From the IMG/VR virus record IMGVR_UViG_3300033075_000203: a DNA stretch of 64,000 bases. One strand, given 5' to 3'. Under the pieces are notes generated by a model, which had not been told where the DNA came from, ran no database searches, and worked only from the letters and a program-made list of their open reading frames with translations. A program made the position numbers and the translations under genes. How positions within the stretch are numbered: position 1 is the stretch's first letter; every line of letters begins with the position of its first letter. Source of the DNA: an uncultured virus (IMG/VR IMGVR_UViG_3300033075_000203) (taxonomy: Duplodnaviria; Heunggongvirae; Uroviricota; Caudoviricetes). Shown one piece after another: positions 1 to 9,262 of this stretch.

Positions 1-308
1 AACTCTTCACGGCGCGCTCGCTCCTCGGTCAACGCCTCGCACTTCTGCGACCATTGGCGATTTTGGCTTTCAGCGGCACGCTGCCACCCATCCCTCTCCC
101 GCGCCGCCGCGATCAGCTCGAGGAGCGCGGAGTGCATCGCGACGATCAGGCGGGCGTCGGCATGATCGTACCCGCGACAGACGATGTCGCCGTTGTCGTC
201 TGGCGCACCGTTGGGATCTCTGTAGATGTCGAAACTGCCGTCGACGCGCCACCTTCCCGGCGTCGCCTCCGCCAGCAGCCGCTCTAGGTGGGCGAGGTCG
301 AGCGTCAC
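1..308 (-). CDS. Ead/Ea22-like phage protein (partial, runs off window start)
   Basis: Manual translation from GTG at 308: VTLDLAHLERLLAEATPGRW...DARLIVAMHSALLELI, matching the ATPGxW...DAxxIxA pattern of Ead/Ea22-like proteins; overlaps upstream stop (GTGA). Confidence 0.55.
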   Translation of the reverse strand, partial: MTLDLAHLERLLAEATPGRWRVDGSFDIYRDPNGAPDDNGDIVCRGYDHADARLIVAMHSALLELIAAARERDGWQRAAESQNRQWSQKCEALTEERARREE

Positions 309-553
309 GGCGTCGCCTCGACGTGCGACAGGAGCACGCCACCAGTCTTGCCGACGACGAGCACGACCACGGAACCGTCGCCGAGCGTCCACGCTTCGGA
401 TCGCGTCGTTGTGTCCATCGGAGGGATTCCGTCTACCGGCGGATAGATCGGCCAGTAACGAACGGCCGTCCCGATTGGATGCGCGGCATTCCATGATGCA
501 GCGGTGTGGGCTCCGCTGAGCTGCTTTCTACGTGCGTTGCGCTTACGGTCCAT
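305..553 (-). CDS. hypothetical phage protein
   Basis: 82 aa ORF, GGAGG RBS, translationally coupled to neighbours. Confidence 0.6.
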   Translation of the reverse strand: MDRKRNARRKQLSGAHTAASWNAAHPIGTAVRYWPIYPPVDGIPPMDTTTRSEAWTLGDGSVVVLVVGKTGGVLLSHVEATP

Positions 554-921
554 TACGACACCTCCTCTTCCTCCTCCGCTGGCAGCACGACGGCCTCGAT
601 CTGCGCCACCGCATCGGAGAGCAGGCAGAGCTCGTGCTCGTGGTAATTCCCGGGAAACTTGCCGTCATGGATCCCGTTCGGCTCGCCTCTGATTGAGTAG
701 TGCTTCTGCACGACACCGGCCGGGCATTGATCCGCCCAGCGACCGATCACGGAATAGGTCGGCGGCAGACTCAACACGCGAGCGGCGTACTTCGAGCGGT
801 CGACCTTGGTTCCGTTGAGTTGGAACTCAGCGATCCACCTGGCGACGGTGGCCGTCAGGCAAACCACGTCGCCGGCTTTGAATTTCATTTCTTCGGTCAG
901 TGCTTCAGCGATCTTGTTCAT
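553..921 (-). CDS. hypothetical protein
   Basis: 122 aa ORF with AGGAGG RBS. Confidence 0.6.
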   Translation of the reverse strand: MNKIAEALTEEMKFKAGDVVCLTATVARWIAEFQLNGTKVDRSKYAARVLSLPPTYSVIGRWADQCPAGVVQKHYSIRGEPNGIHDGKFPGNYHEHELCLLSDAVAQIEAVVLPAEEEEEVS

Positions 922-957
922 GTAATACCTCCTATGTGCATGCGTCGTCGGCGGGGG

Positions 958-2499
958 TCATGTCAGCCCCAGTTCTTTCGCTCGACGTAGAAACGTCGAA
1001 CGCACCTCGATCGGATCCGGCTCGAAGCGCAGCAACTCCGTAAAGCGCCGCTCCTCGTAGTCGCGCGTCTGGAACACGTAACTCGCCTCCCGCGTCGCGT
1101 CGCCGAGCGGTCGCCTTGCGAGATCCCCCCACCACCAGTCGGCGTCGCGCCACGGCATGAGCTGCCGACACTCGCACGCGAGCGCCTCGACGTCGGCAAC
1201 TACGACGTCGTCGATCGTTGTTGTCGATAGGCCGAAGCGTTCGACGATTGCTCGCTCGTTACGCCACTCGAGCTCGCGATAGTGGCCCATCTCCGGCAGG
1301 TGCTTGATCGGTCGCGGTAGATCGATGCAGTACGCCTCGGCGGCGTCGTGGAGGAGCGCCTCGCGAGCGTACTTTGGCGGGACGATCAGCGATACCCAGA
1401 TTGAGTGCTCGGCGACGCTGTTGTGGGCGGCGTACCCTTCGCAGAAGTACGTGCGCGTGCTCGTCTCCAGACCTGCGCACCAACGCTGTCCTTCGAGGTG
1501 AGCGCGCACCACGCGGGGAGGCGCGCCTTGCCCGTTCATTTCTTTTTCGAGCTTGCCGCTGAGAAGACCCTCTTTCATCTTCACCAACAAACGGAGGGGC
1601 CGAATCGCGCCGAGAAGTCGCATCGCTTCGCGCCATCCTCCTTTGATCTGTAACGACTGAACTCCTGTCTGACCCACCGTGCTTCGACGAATCTTAGAGA
1701 AGCCAAAGTGCTGGTGAAGCCTGTACATTTCGTCGAGCACTAGGCCGGGCTTCTGCGCCACACCCATTTGAATTCCTTTTCGATTCAGAAAAGAAAGATG
1801 CCCTTCGCCATCATAGAGGCCCGCAAGATAGCCAGCGTCGCGCGTCTGATACTCGACCCAGGGTGTGAAAAAGCGGTGCATAAAGCGCTTCTGTCCGTTG
1901 TTGACTGCTTCCACTATTTCCTCAGTGCGCATCCATTGTTGGTTGCGCGACTGCTTCGTGGAGACAAGCCAAGGGTGTTCCGCTGACGCACGCACTGTGC
2001 TGCCGTCTTCCATCTCGAGAAGGTAGACACGTCGTCGAACGGGGGTCGCGGAGAGAACCGTTGAAGGTTTGAATCTGCGGCGCTTTTTCTTCGACGTAAC
2101 GATCTGTGGGTGCTCGTCGAAGCCTACGAGTTGATCTCCGATTTTCAGATCTCCTGCAGGCACCCAGCGAAAATCCGCCGTAAGGATCCGCTGTTCAGGT
2201 GTTGGGCAGTAGAACCGCTTTGTCGCGCCCGAGTAGCGGCACTGTTGCGAGAGGTGGTGCGCGATGTCGTCGAGTCGTACGCGCTCGGGCTTCGGATCGA
2301 CGACGTCGTAGAGGATCCCCGACGCCGTCTGGATCATGCCGACGCTGCGGCCGAGGTTGTCCGCTGACCGTATCGTCTGGTGACGCGTGCGCGCCTTACT
2401 CGCCGGACGACGCGAGATCGTGTGCGCGGTATCTTCACCGTCGCGGAACTCGATCGTCAGGATCTCCGTACCGTCGAGCGACGGGATGTCGAACCTCAT
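958..2499 (-). CDS. HD-domain phosphohydrolase (YfbR/5'-deoxynucleotidase-like) interrupted by an intein
   Basis: Extein motifs DIAHHLSQQCRYSG..FY|SVAEHS and ALLHDAAEAY; intein between Y and S. Confidence 0.85.
   Translation of the reverse strand: MRFDIPSLDGTEILTIEFRDGEDTAHTISRRPASKARTRHQTIRSADNLGRSVGMIQTASGILYDVVDPKPERVRLDDIAHHLSQQCRYSGATKRFYCPTPEQRILTADFRWVPAGDLKIGDQLVGFDEHPQIVTSKKKRRRFKPSTVLSATPVRRRVYLLEMEDGSTVRASAEHPWLVSTKQSRNQQWMRTEEIVEAVNNGQKRFMHRFFTPWVEYQTRDAGYLAGLYDGEGHLSFLNRKGIQMGVAQKPGLVLDEMYRLHQHFGFSKIRRSTVGQTGVQSLQIKGGWREAMRLLGAIRPLRLLVKMKEGLLSGKLEKEMNGQGAPPRVVRAHLEGQRWCAGLETSTRTYFCEGYAAHNSVAEHSIWVSLIVPPKYAREALLHDAAEAYCIDLPRPIKHLPEMGHYRELEWRNERAIVERFGLSTTTIDDVVVADVEALACECRQLMPWRDADWWWGDLARRPLGDATREASYVFQTRDYEERRFTELLRFEPDPIEVRSTFLRRAKELGLT
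1420..2208 (-). mobile_element. Intein (263 aa) with LAGLIDADG homing endonuclease in HD phosphohydrolase
   Basis: Starts CPTPEQRILT, block B ASAEHPW, YLAGLYDGEG endonuclease motif, ends YAAHN followed by Ser +1; lower GC than flanks. Confidence 0.9.
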
Positions 2500-2625
2500 A
2501 GCAGCACCGCCGCGAGCGAGAGCGCGATCAGGAGCCAGAAGAGGCGCTCGTCGCGGCGACGAGAGAGCTTCTCGCCGAGGGCTTTGGCGCGTAGGAACGC
2601 GTAGCCGGATGCGTCGATCATCACG

Positions 2626-3009
2626 CTAGACCTCCTCGTAAAAGCGCATCAAAACCCAACGAGCGACGTAGTCGACGACGCTCGAGCACTGGCGGATCTT
2701 CTCCGTCCCGCGCGTGATGCCCGAAGGCTCGAAGCGTTGACCGACGAACTTACGAAACAACTCCGGCCCCGCGCCGAGCTGGAGCGCGACGGACATCGCG
2801 ACGGCCCATTGATCGAGCGCCGCGAGCAGATCGCCAGACTTGCCGATCTTGACGAAGATCTCTCCGACGCGGCCGTCGGGATAGAGCCCGACCGAGAGGT
2901 AGCAATCGAGCCAGTCGTTCGGCGCGGGTTGCCCGGTCGCGATCGCGAAGTGGTGCGTGACGCCTTCGCGATCGTCCGGCAGCCGTTGACGCTCACCCCA
3001 GGCGCTCAC
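2626..3009 (-). CDS. Stand-alone TSCPD-domain protein (class II ribonucleotide reductase C-terminal/NrdJb-like)
   Basis: RQRLPDDREGVTH...GLYPDGRVGEIF...AMSVALQLG...RFEPSG...CSSVVDYV; GTG start at 3009 overlaps upstream stop. Confidence 0.8.
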   Translation of the reverse strand: MSAWGERQRLPDDREGVTHHFAIATGQPAPNDWLDCYLSVGLYPDGRVGEIFVKIGKSGDLLAALDQWAVAMSVALQLGAGPELFRKFVGQRFEPSGITRGTEKIRQCSSVVDYVARWVLMRFYEEV

Positions 3010-3368
3010 GCTGCACCCGCGATCGATCCGAACAGCGCGACGACGGCGCGCGCCTTCGAATCGAGCATCTGCGTCGCGCGATGGAAGTCTCGGATGCCGT
3101 ACTGTTGCACGACGGCGTGTTCTTCGCCGCCGATCCGCACGTCCATGCCGATGCCCCACGTACGCGCGGGCGCGGCCTCGAGCCAGAGGTTGACGCTCGC
3201 CCGCCCGTGCTTGACGCTGCACAGGTAGCGCGGGCCTTGCCCGGCGTAGATGTCCTCTTCGTCGTGGACATCCCGTGACTCGCTGTCACGTTTCGTGTTG
3301 CGGCCCTTCAAGATCAGCCCCGCGATCTTGATTTCTTTTGGTAGCTGCTTGCTGCGCGGACGTGCCAT
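3006..3368 (-). CDS. hypothetical protein
   Basis: 120 aa ORF in coupled operon. Confidence 0.55.
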   Translation of the reverse strand: MARPRSKQLPKEIKIAGLILKGRNTKRDSESRDVHDEEDIYAGQGPRYLCSVKHGRASVNLWLEAAPARTWGIGMDVRIGGEEHAVVQQYGIRDFHRATQMLDSKARAVVALFGSIAGAA

Positions 3369-3590
3369 TTAGTTGTTCCCTCCCGTCAGACGTTTCGTGA
3401 TCGCTCGGCCAAGCGTGTCGAGCCTTCGAGCTTCGACGCGCTCGGCGATCTCGAACCGACGCACGTCGAGCTCGTTGTTCCGCTCGCGCGCTCGCTCGAG
3501 TAGCGCGCGGATCTTGTCGAGCTTGTGCACGACGAGCTGGTACTCGGCGTCTTGTAGCAACAGCGCGACGATCTCTTCGAGTCGGCTCAT
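3369..3590 (-). CDS. hypothetical coiled-coil protein
   Basis: 73 aa ORF, AGGAG RBS. Confidence 0.55.
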   Translation of the reverse strand: MSRLEEIVALLLQDAEYQLVVHKLDKIRALLERARERNNELDVRRFEIAERVEARRLDTLGRAITKRLTGGNN

Positions 3591-3751
3591 CTCGATGTTC
3601 TCCTGGCGCTCCCCTGCACCCGCGCGGCCCCGTCCTTATCGAGTGCCCTGAGCACAGCCGCCACCGTCGCGTCGCGAGGCTCGTCTATCTCGATCTCTCG
3701 GATCGACGTGACACTCTCGATCGTTACGCGGATCTTCTTATAGGCACTCAT
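3587..3751 (-). CDS. small hypothetical protein
   Basis: ATGA overlap with HTH gene; MSAYKKIRVTIES... Confidence 0.45.
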   Translation of the reverse strand: MSAYKKIRVTIESVTSIREIEIDEPRDATVAAVLRALDKDGAARVQGSARRTSR

Positions 3752-4065
3752 CTTCCTGGCTCCTTCTCGAGCGCGAACACGGCTCGGCAGCACGGGCAGC
3801 GCATGCGCAGCTTTCGGACCTTGTGGATCTTGCGCGGGCGCCCGCCGCGGTACGGCTTCTTGGCGAGCTGACTCAGTAGTTCGACGTGCTCCTCCGCGCT
3901 CATGCTGGGCGCGAGCAACTTGACCAGAGCGCGGACGAACCGCGGCGCCGGGCGGTGCTTGTCCAGCTCCCAGGTCGAGTACGCCGCGCGCGTCACGCCG
4001 ATCTTCTTGGCGACCTGGACGGCGCTGTATCCCTCGCGGCGGCGAAGTTCGGCGAGAAGGGTCAT
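3748..4065 (-). CDS. XRE-family helix-turn-helix regulator with C-terminal CxxC
   Basis: LAELRRREGYSAVQVAKKIGVTRAAYSTWELDKHRP. Confidence 0.8.
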   Translation of the reverse strand: MTLLAELRRREGYSAVQVAKKIGVTRAAYSTWELDKHRPAPRFVRALVKLLAPSMSAEEHVELLSQLAKKPYRGGRPRKIHKVRKLRMRCPCCRAVFALEKEPGR

Positions 4066-5267
4066 CGGCCAACCTCCATCTCAAAGTCGCTTCCGTCGGG
4101 GACTTCCGCGCCCCAGGCGTCCCAACCGTCGGCGCGCTCGCGCGCGAAGAGCTCGACGCGCGACGGTCCTTCGCCCATCAGCGCGTCGATTCGTCGGCGC
4201 ACCTCGACGGGCTTCGCGCTGTGCGCGCCGCGCGGTGCGCGGAGAACTTGCCCTTGAGGCTCGGGCTCGAGGTAGCAGGTGCATCGCCCGCAGTCGCACG
4301 GCCAACCAGGGGTGCAGTTACACTCCAGCGTGCAGACGTTGCACAACCCCACGCCGCCGTTGATCACGTGATCATTGAAGCTGTGTCCGCACCCGTCGCA
4401 CTCGGGCATCTCGGCCGGATCGCTGCTGACGTTCGGCCACGTCTCGACGAGTTGTCGCACGGCCGCGCTCACTCGGCGCGGTGGCTCGCCACGGACGAAG
4501 AGCAGACAGAGCTCGGCGTTTGCTCTCGTCCACATCCCGCCGCCCATCGCCGGCTTCCCGCTCGACTCGTAGTGCTTGATCCACGTAAACGCGCAAGTCT
4601 TGTACTCGAAGCCCCACGCGCGACCGAGATCGAGCGCCTCGGGAAGCAACGGCATCGTCGCCCAGAGGAACAGCACGGCGTTTTCCGCCGCGATACGTTC
4701 GATGGGTAGCTGCTCGAGATCGTCGATCGACATCGTCTCGTAGTGGTTCTCCGCTGCGCCGCGTCCGCGCTGGTTGTAGCTCCACGGCGGATCGGCGTAG
4801 ATGATCTGATACCCACCGGCCGCGGCGATCTCGTCGAACGTGGCGATCTTCCGATCTTGTTGAGCGCGTAGCGCGTCGTAGTGTTCGATCGTCTCGGCGT
4901 CGGCTTGTGCGACCATCAAACGCTCGGGCAGCGCGAGCTTCGCGAGCCCGGCGCACTCGCGAAAGACCTCGAGATTGAACCGCCGCCAATCGCGCTTAGC
5001 CGCTTTCGCGACGACGGCGAACGCTTCGGCGAACGTTTCGACGCTCGCCTCGTACCTGACGTTGATCGGATCCCACTGCGCCGGATCCCGCGCGTCGAGT
5101 CGTCCGAGCTGCTGAAGCAGGATTGCCTCGTTATCGCCGTCGAGGAACTCCGCGCGCATCGCATCGATCGTCGGCGCTTTCGCCGCGCCTCGATACGTGT
5201 CGCGCGCCTCTGCTTCGGCGCGCGCTTGACGCTCGAGGTACTTCTCTCGCTGTCGTTCGCGCGTCAT
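4062..5267 (-). CDS. MT-A70-family adenine methyltransferase with Cys-rich insertion
   Basis: IIYADPPW catalytic motif, LFLWAT, WGFEYKT, HSAKP, VELFARE..GWDAWG. Confidence 0.9.
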   Translation of the reverse strand: MTRERQREKYLERQARAEAEARDTYRGAAKAPTIDAMRAEFLDGDNEAILLQQLGRLDARDPAQWDPINVRYEASVETFAEAFAVVAKAAKRDWRRFNLEVFRECAGLAKLALPERLMVAQADAETIEHYDALRAQQDRKIATFDEIAAAGGYQIIYADPPWSYNQRGRGAAENHYETMSIDDLEQLPIERIAAENAVLFLWATMPLLPEALDLGRAWGFEYKTCAFTWIKHYESSGKPAMGGGMWTRANAELCLLFVRGEPPRRVSAAVRQLVETWPNVSSDPAEMPECDGCGHSFNDHVINGGVGLCNVCTLECNCTPGWPCDCGRCTCYLEPEPQGQVLRAPRGAHSAKPVEVRRRIDALMGEGPSRVELFARERADGWDAWGAEVPDGSDFEMEVGR

Positions 5268-5464
5268 GCTGCACCCGAGAGATCATAAGCGGCTTTGAAT
5301 GGCTCGGGCGGCACGGGGATCGGTCCCGCAATCGCGCAGCCCGTATAGCCGGACGCGAAGTGATCCTTCGACGTCGCTTGTTCGATGAACCGCCGGCCGC
5401 GTGGCGTCAGAACCCAGTACCACGCTCCGACGGAGATCGGAGAAAACGGATGCATCCAAAACAT
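5264..5464 (-). CDS. small hypothetical protein
   Basis: 66 aa, AGGAGG RBS. Confidence 0.5.
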   Translation of the reverse strand: MFWMHPFSPISVGAWYWVLTPRGRRFIEQATSKDHFASGYTGCAIAGPIPVPPEPFKAAYDLSGAA

Positions 5465-5483
5465 GATCGACCCTCCTGTTCTT

Positions 5484-5503
5484 CTACTCCCGCCGAGGAG
5501 TAG
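5484..5503 (-). terminator. hairpin downstream of primase (possible terminator)
   Basis: CTACTCC-cgccga-GGAGTAG inverted repeat in the intergenic gap. Confidence 0.35.
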
Positions 5504-5518
5504 AGTAAAGAAAATTTA

Positions 5519-8017
5519 CTAACGTCTCTGGAAAGGCGAGCCGAACGCCGTCGTGTTCGTCCCGCCCTTCAAGCCACATAACCAGACGCTTCGATCGCGA
5601 TCGATTCGCCAACCGAGCGACGCGAGTCGAGCCTCGAAACGCGTCGCCGACATGCCCTTGTGCCCGTGATCGCGCGACCACGTCGCGAACGCTTGATAGA
5701 CCGCCGCCGCAGACGTACCTCGATCGCCGCCGAGCTCGAGCCGCTCGTCGGCAAAGAGTGCTACTTGATCGCTCGTCCGTCGCCACTCGACCTTACGTCG
5801 CGCGACCGACGGCGGTGTACATAGCCCGCCGTGCGCGATGGTCGATCGCGCGCCGCGGACGGCCCACGCCGCTACTCCGGGCATCTCGCGCTCGATAATG
5901 CGCGCGACGAGTTCTTTGTCCTGCTCGGCCTCGGTAAAGCGCCGGTTGAACACGACCGGCATAAACCGCTTCCAATACGCCTCGGTCTGATCGCTCGTGC
6001 CCGGGAGCTCGTTGCACGCGAACGCGTGCCCCGCCGTCGGATGAAAGTCGAACGGTTGCTCGCTCGGGTGTCGTCCTGTGAGCCTGTCGCCGGAGATCAC
6101 CGACTTGAACACCTCGGTGTTATCGAGATCTGTTTTTGGCATCTCGGCGACCGAGTTGAAGCGGCATCCAGAGAGCTTCGCGACGTAATATTCCGAGTCC
6201 CACTTCTGCGGCGGGATCGATCGACGCATCGACTCGGGGAACAACTCTTGGACGATGCGAAGGATCGTCGACTTGCCGTTGTCGCCCGTCGCGCCTTCGA
6301 GGACGAGACAGCGCTGCCAGCGCGTCGCGAGGTTTAGCAGGCACGAGCCGAAAAACTCTTGGAGCAGTTGCGCTTTCTCCGCACCGTCGTCGTCGGGCGC
6401 GAATACCTCGAGTAGCAAACGTTCCCACGACGGACAACCGGCGTCCTCGTCGTAATCGTACGCGAGCGCCTCGAGCGCGCGGTGCTCTTCCTCGTGCGGG
6501 ACGAGCGCGACCTCGCCGTTGTCGCCGAGAGCGAGAAACCCGTTGCGGAACGCGACACCGATCGGGGCCGCGTCGAAGAAGCCCGGCGATGCGACGAGCG
6601 TCGCTGCACGTTTGATCGCTCCGACGACGCGCGTTTGGTTCGCCTTGTAGCGCCCCTTCTGCCCGTACGGAGCGCCGTTGAGCTTGTGCACCTCGAGCTC
6701 GATCAATCGCGCCGCGCCGGGACGCCAGAGTCCGGCCTCGTAGCACCAGAACTCGTCGCGATCGAACACCACCTGCGTACCTTGTCGCTCGATCTCCGCG
6801 AGCGCGACGCGTGCGACGTCGAGATCGGATCCCTCGCCGAGCCCCGGACCGACGTAGGTCGGATCTTCCGTCGGACGACAGAGAGCGCGCATGATCGCTT
6901 CTTCGCCCGGTGGTAGCGGCGACGGGAGTATCTCGTCGAGCGCCTGCGCAACGGCGGGGTAAAACTGCGCGAGCGTGCCGATACGCGAGTACGGCTCGCC
7001 CGCTGCTGCACGCGCGATCGTCGACTCGGCGGCTTTGAAGCGGTCTTGTACGCGTCGCGCGTCGTCGACGCCGGCCGACGCCGACAGATCGGCGACGAAG
7101 CGCGGCAGCTCGGCGCGCGGGAAGCCGCGGTCGAGCAGCGCGCCGCTGAGCGCGAGGTAGAGATTGTGCCTCCCGCCGCCGGGACCGATCGCCGCGATCG
7201 ATGGGCGCAGATAGTCGGCGAGGATGTTCGCATCGTCGACGCTGCGCTCGCTCGTCGTCTCCTGGCGTTGCGGCGTATCGATGCGATCGAGAAACGCGAC
7301 GGCGCGTCGCCAGCTCTCGTGCTGCTCGGCGAGCTCGCGCGCGGCGGCGTCCGCTCGCGTCGCGTCGAAGCGGTCTAGCTCCCAGTCTCCGACGCTTTCG
7401 GGCGCGGCCCCGTAGAAGATCCCCGGCTCGCGCTCGTCGCCGCGTAGCGCGTTCGGCGTGCGCTGGAGGTGCTGCCAGTCGCGGCAGTTCGGATCCGTGC
7501 GGATCTGATAGCGCGCCCAGAGATCTGCGCCGGCGAGCACGTAGAACTCGGACCACGTTCGCGCCGTCGCACCGTCGACGATCACGTGCGGCTCGGGCAA
7601 CCAGCCGATCAGCCGATAGCCGCCGCGCGAGAGCGCGACGATCACACCGGGCTCGTCGGCGACGAGGCGATCGATCTTCGGTCGCTCCTCCGCTCGCCAG
7701 TCGTCCGCCGCGCGTCCGTCGACGCGGCGGTTTTTCGGGCAATCGACCTCGAGCACGAGCAGCGTCATCGGCACGCCGCCCGAGTCGGCGAGTCGCTCGG
7801 GCGCGGCGTCGGTCAGTCGGTGGACGACGTCGGAGCGCGAGTATGCGGTGAAGTGCAGATCGGAGTCGTGCTGTGAGAGTAGCGCCTCGACGAGCGGGAC
7901 GTACGCGACGTGCTCCGCGCCCGCCGGGCGGTTCGGTCGACCGCTCGCGTTCGTCGTCGGCGGCCAGCCGAAGAGGGACGATCGCGAGAGTAGACAGACG
8001 AGAGGACGCGATGTCAT
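5519..8017 (-). CDS. Primase-helicase (AEP-like N-terminus, D5/P4-type SF3 helicase C-terminus)
   Basis: Walker A GATGDNGKST, FRNG, FKSVISGD, FACNELP, AYWKRF; N-terminal LEVD / SRGGYRL prim-pol-like motifs. Confidence 0.85.
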   Translation of the reverse strand: MTSRPLVCLLSRSSLFGWPPTTNASGRPNRPAGAEHVAYVPLVEALLSQHDSDLHFTAYSRSDVVHRLTDAAPERLADSGGVPMTLLVLEVDCPKNRRVDGRAADDWRAEERPKIDRLVADEPGVIVALSRGGYRLIGWLPEPHVIVDGATARTWSEFYVLAGADLWARYQIRTDPNCRDWQHLQRTPNALRGDEREPGIFYGAAPESVGDWELDRFDATRADAAARELAEQHESWRRAVAFLDRIDTPQRQETTSERSVDDANILADYLRPSIAAIGPGGGRHNLYLALSGALLDRGFPRAELPRFVADLSASAGVDDARRVQDRFKAAESTIARAAAGEPYSRIGTLAQFYPAVAQALDEILPSPLPPGEEAIMRALCRPTEDPTYVGPGLGEGSDLDVARVALAEIERQGTQVVFDRDEFWCYEAGLWRPGAARLIELEVHKLNGAPYGQKGRYKANQTRVVGAIKRAATLVASPGFFDAAPIGVAFRNGFLALGDNGEVALVPHEEEHRALEALAYDYDEDAGCPSWERLLLEVFAPDDDGAEKAQLLQEFFGSCLLNLATRWQRCLVLEGATGDNGKSTILRIVQELFPESMRRSIPPQKWDSEYYVAKLSGCRFNSVAEMPKTDLDNTEVFKSVISGDRLTGRHPSEQPFDFHPTAGHAFACNELPGTSDQTEAYWKRFMPVVFNRRFTEAEQDKELVARIIEREMPGVAAWAVRGARSTIAHGGLCTPPSVARRKVEWRRTSDQVALFADERLELGGDRGTSAAAVYQAFATWSRDHGHKGMSATRFEARLASLGWRIDRDRSVWLCGLKGGTNTTAFGSPFQRR

Positions 8018-8231
8018 GGCGCCAGCCGCCCGCGGTAGGAGCCGGAGGGGTGGAGGCCCCTACCGCGAGCGAACCAGCCCCTCGCGATGGCTAGTCGCAA
8101 GGGTTTTTCCAAAACGTCGTCGAGAGTGTATCGCACGGTGCCGCCTCCATCGAGCGTCCACGGCCAAGCGGCGCTCGATCCGAAAAAGGGTTCGGGCAAG
8201 ATCTACTCGCCCATGGAAAAAGTAAAGCGTT

Positions 8232-8423
8232 TTACTTCTCCTCGTCGTTGATCGGTTGCGGCGCGCTCGTAATCGTCGGCAGCCCGGCGGCGACTCGGCC
8301 GAGCGTGCGAAGCCATTGCGACGTCGACATGCCGACGTCGCGCGCGGCGCGCGTGAACGCCTCGCGCTCCTCGACGGAGAGCTGGAACGTTGTGAGAGTC
8401 TTGTGGTCTTTTTTTCGGGTCAC
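8232..8423 (-). CDS. ribbon-helix-helix (CopG/MobC-like) DNA-binding protein
   Basis: TTFQLSVEEREAFTRAARDVGMSTSQWLR; GAGGAGG RBS before GTG. Confidence 0.6.
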   Translation of the reverse strand: MTRKKDHKTLTTFQLSVEEREAFTRAARDVGMSTSQWLRTLGRVAAGLPTITSAPQPINDEEK

Positions 8424-8911
8424 GGGATCACTACCTCCTCGTCGCGGAAGATCTCTTCGGTCGGATCGAACCACCGCGCATGGTACAGATCACCGTCGTC
8501 GTTGTGTTGCTGGAAGTGCAGCTCGAGCGCGTAGCAGCGCGACGGCCCGCCGAGTCGTCGAGGGATCGATCGCAGCACCGCGTCGACGAGTCGCTCGCCT
8601 TCGCTACGGATCGCCGCGTACTCGACGCCGGCGAGCGTGTACCTAATACGTCGGGCCATCGTCGCCTCCTTTTCAGGCGATCTCGAGTGTGTACCGGGCA
8701 TGGCCCGCGTGATCCAGTCTCCGTCCTCACAACACGTCTGCTCCCAGTGCTGCAACGCGAGGCTCGATGCGATCGCGCGCATCCGATGAAATTCACGCTC
8801 GGCGTCGGCGCGCGTCTCGTACTCGCCGAGCACCGAGACGCCGTTCCAGAGGATTCGCCACGGGTAGTACGGGCCTTCGCCGAGCCACTTCACGGGCGCA
8901 CCTGTTGCCAC
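8420..8911 (-). CDS. hypothetical protein (alternative start at 8659 with AGGAGG RBS)
   Basis: 163 aa ORF in coupled leftward operon. Confidence 0.45.
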   Translation of the reverse strand: MATGAPVKWLGEGPYYPWRILWNGVSVLGEYETRADAEREFHRMRAIASSLALQHWEQTCCEDGDWITRAMPGTHSRSPEKEATMARRIRYTLAGVEYAAIRSEGERLVDAVLRSIPRRLGGPSRCYALELHFQQHNDDGDLYHARWFDPTEEIFRDEEVVIP

Positions 8912-9066
8912 TGTTGGGGTAGCGCCCCGCCGCTTTTAATCCAGGTGTCGAGCGCCTCGACGAGCTCGGCGAGTCGTATCGCGTCTAACCCGTTCGGATC
9001 GCGTCGCCAGTCAAGGATGCGAGCCACGATCCGTCGTTGCTCGATGAGGTTTGCGGTAGGGTCCAT
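8890..9066 (-). CDS. small phage protein (MDP...LAELVEALDTWIKSGGALPQQW)
   Basis: 58 aa manual translation, GAGGAGG RBS. Confidence 0.55.
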   Translation of the reverse strand: MDPTANLIEQRRIVARILDWRRDPNGLDAIRLAELVEALDTWIKSGGALPQQWQQVRP

Positions 9067-9067
9067 T

Positions 9068-9262
9068 TTAGCGCCTCCTCGCGTTCTTCTTTGGTCCGTA
9101 GCCTGCGGCGACGAGCTCGTCAGCGATCTCGCAGATCGTGTCGGCGCTCCACTGGCGATCAGGATCTCCGGGCGGCCAGAGGATGTCGCGCAGGCGCTCG
9201 AGGATCTTCTCCTCGTACGTTTCGCGCAGGCGCGCGGGTTCGACGCGGCGGCGGGCGCTCAT
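9068..9262 (-). CDS. small hypothetical protein
   Basis: 64 aa, abuts downstream gene. Confidence 0.45.
   Translation of the reverse strand: MSARRRVEPARLRETYEEKILERLRDILWPPGDPDRQWSADTICEIADELVAAGYGPKKNARRR

Noticed and set aside
958..2499. Z-genome (DatZ/PurZ/DpoZ) system suggested by HD hydrolase plus PolA
   Set aside because: No PurZ or MazZ homologue visible in the window; HD family membership alone is insufficient
6120..7742. 540-aa alternate-frame ORF within the primase and many similar Arg-rich ORFs
   Set aside because: Low-complexity Arg/Ala translations typical of off-frame reading in high-GC DNA, overlapping well-supported genes
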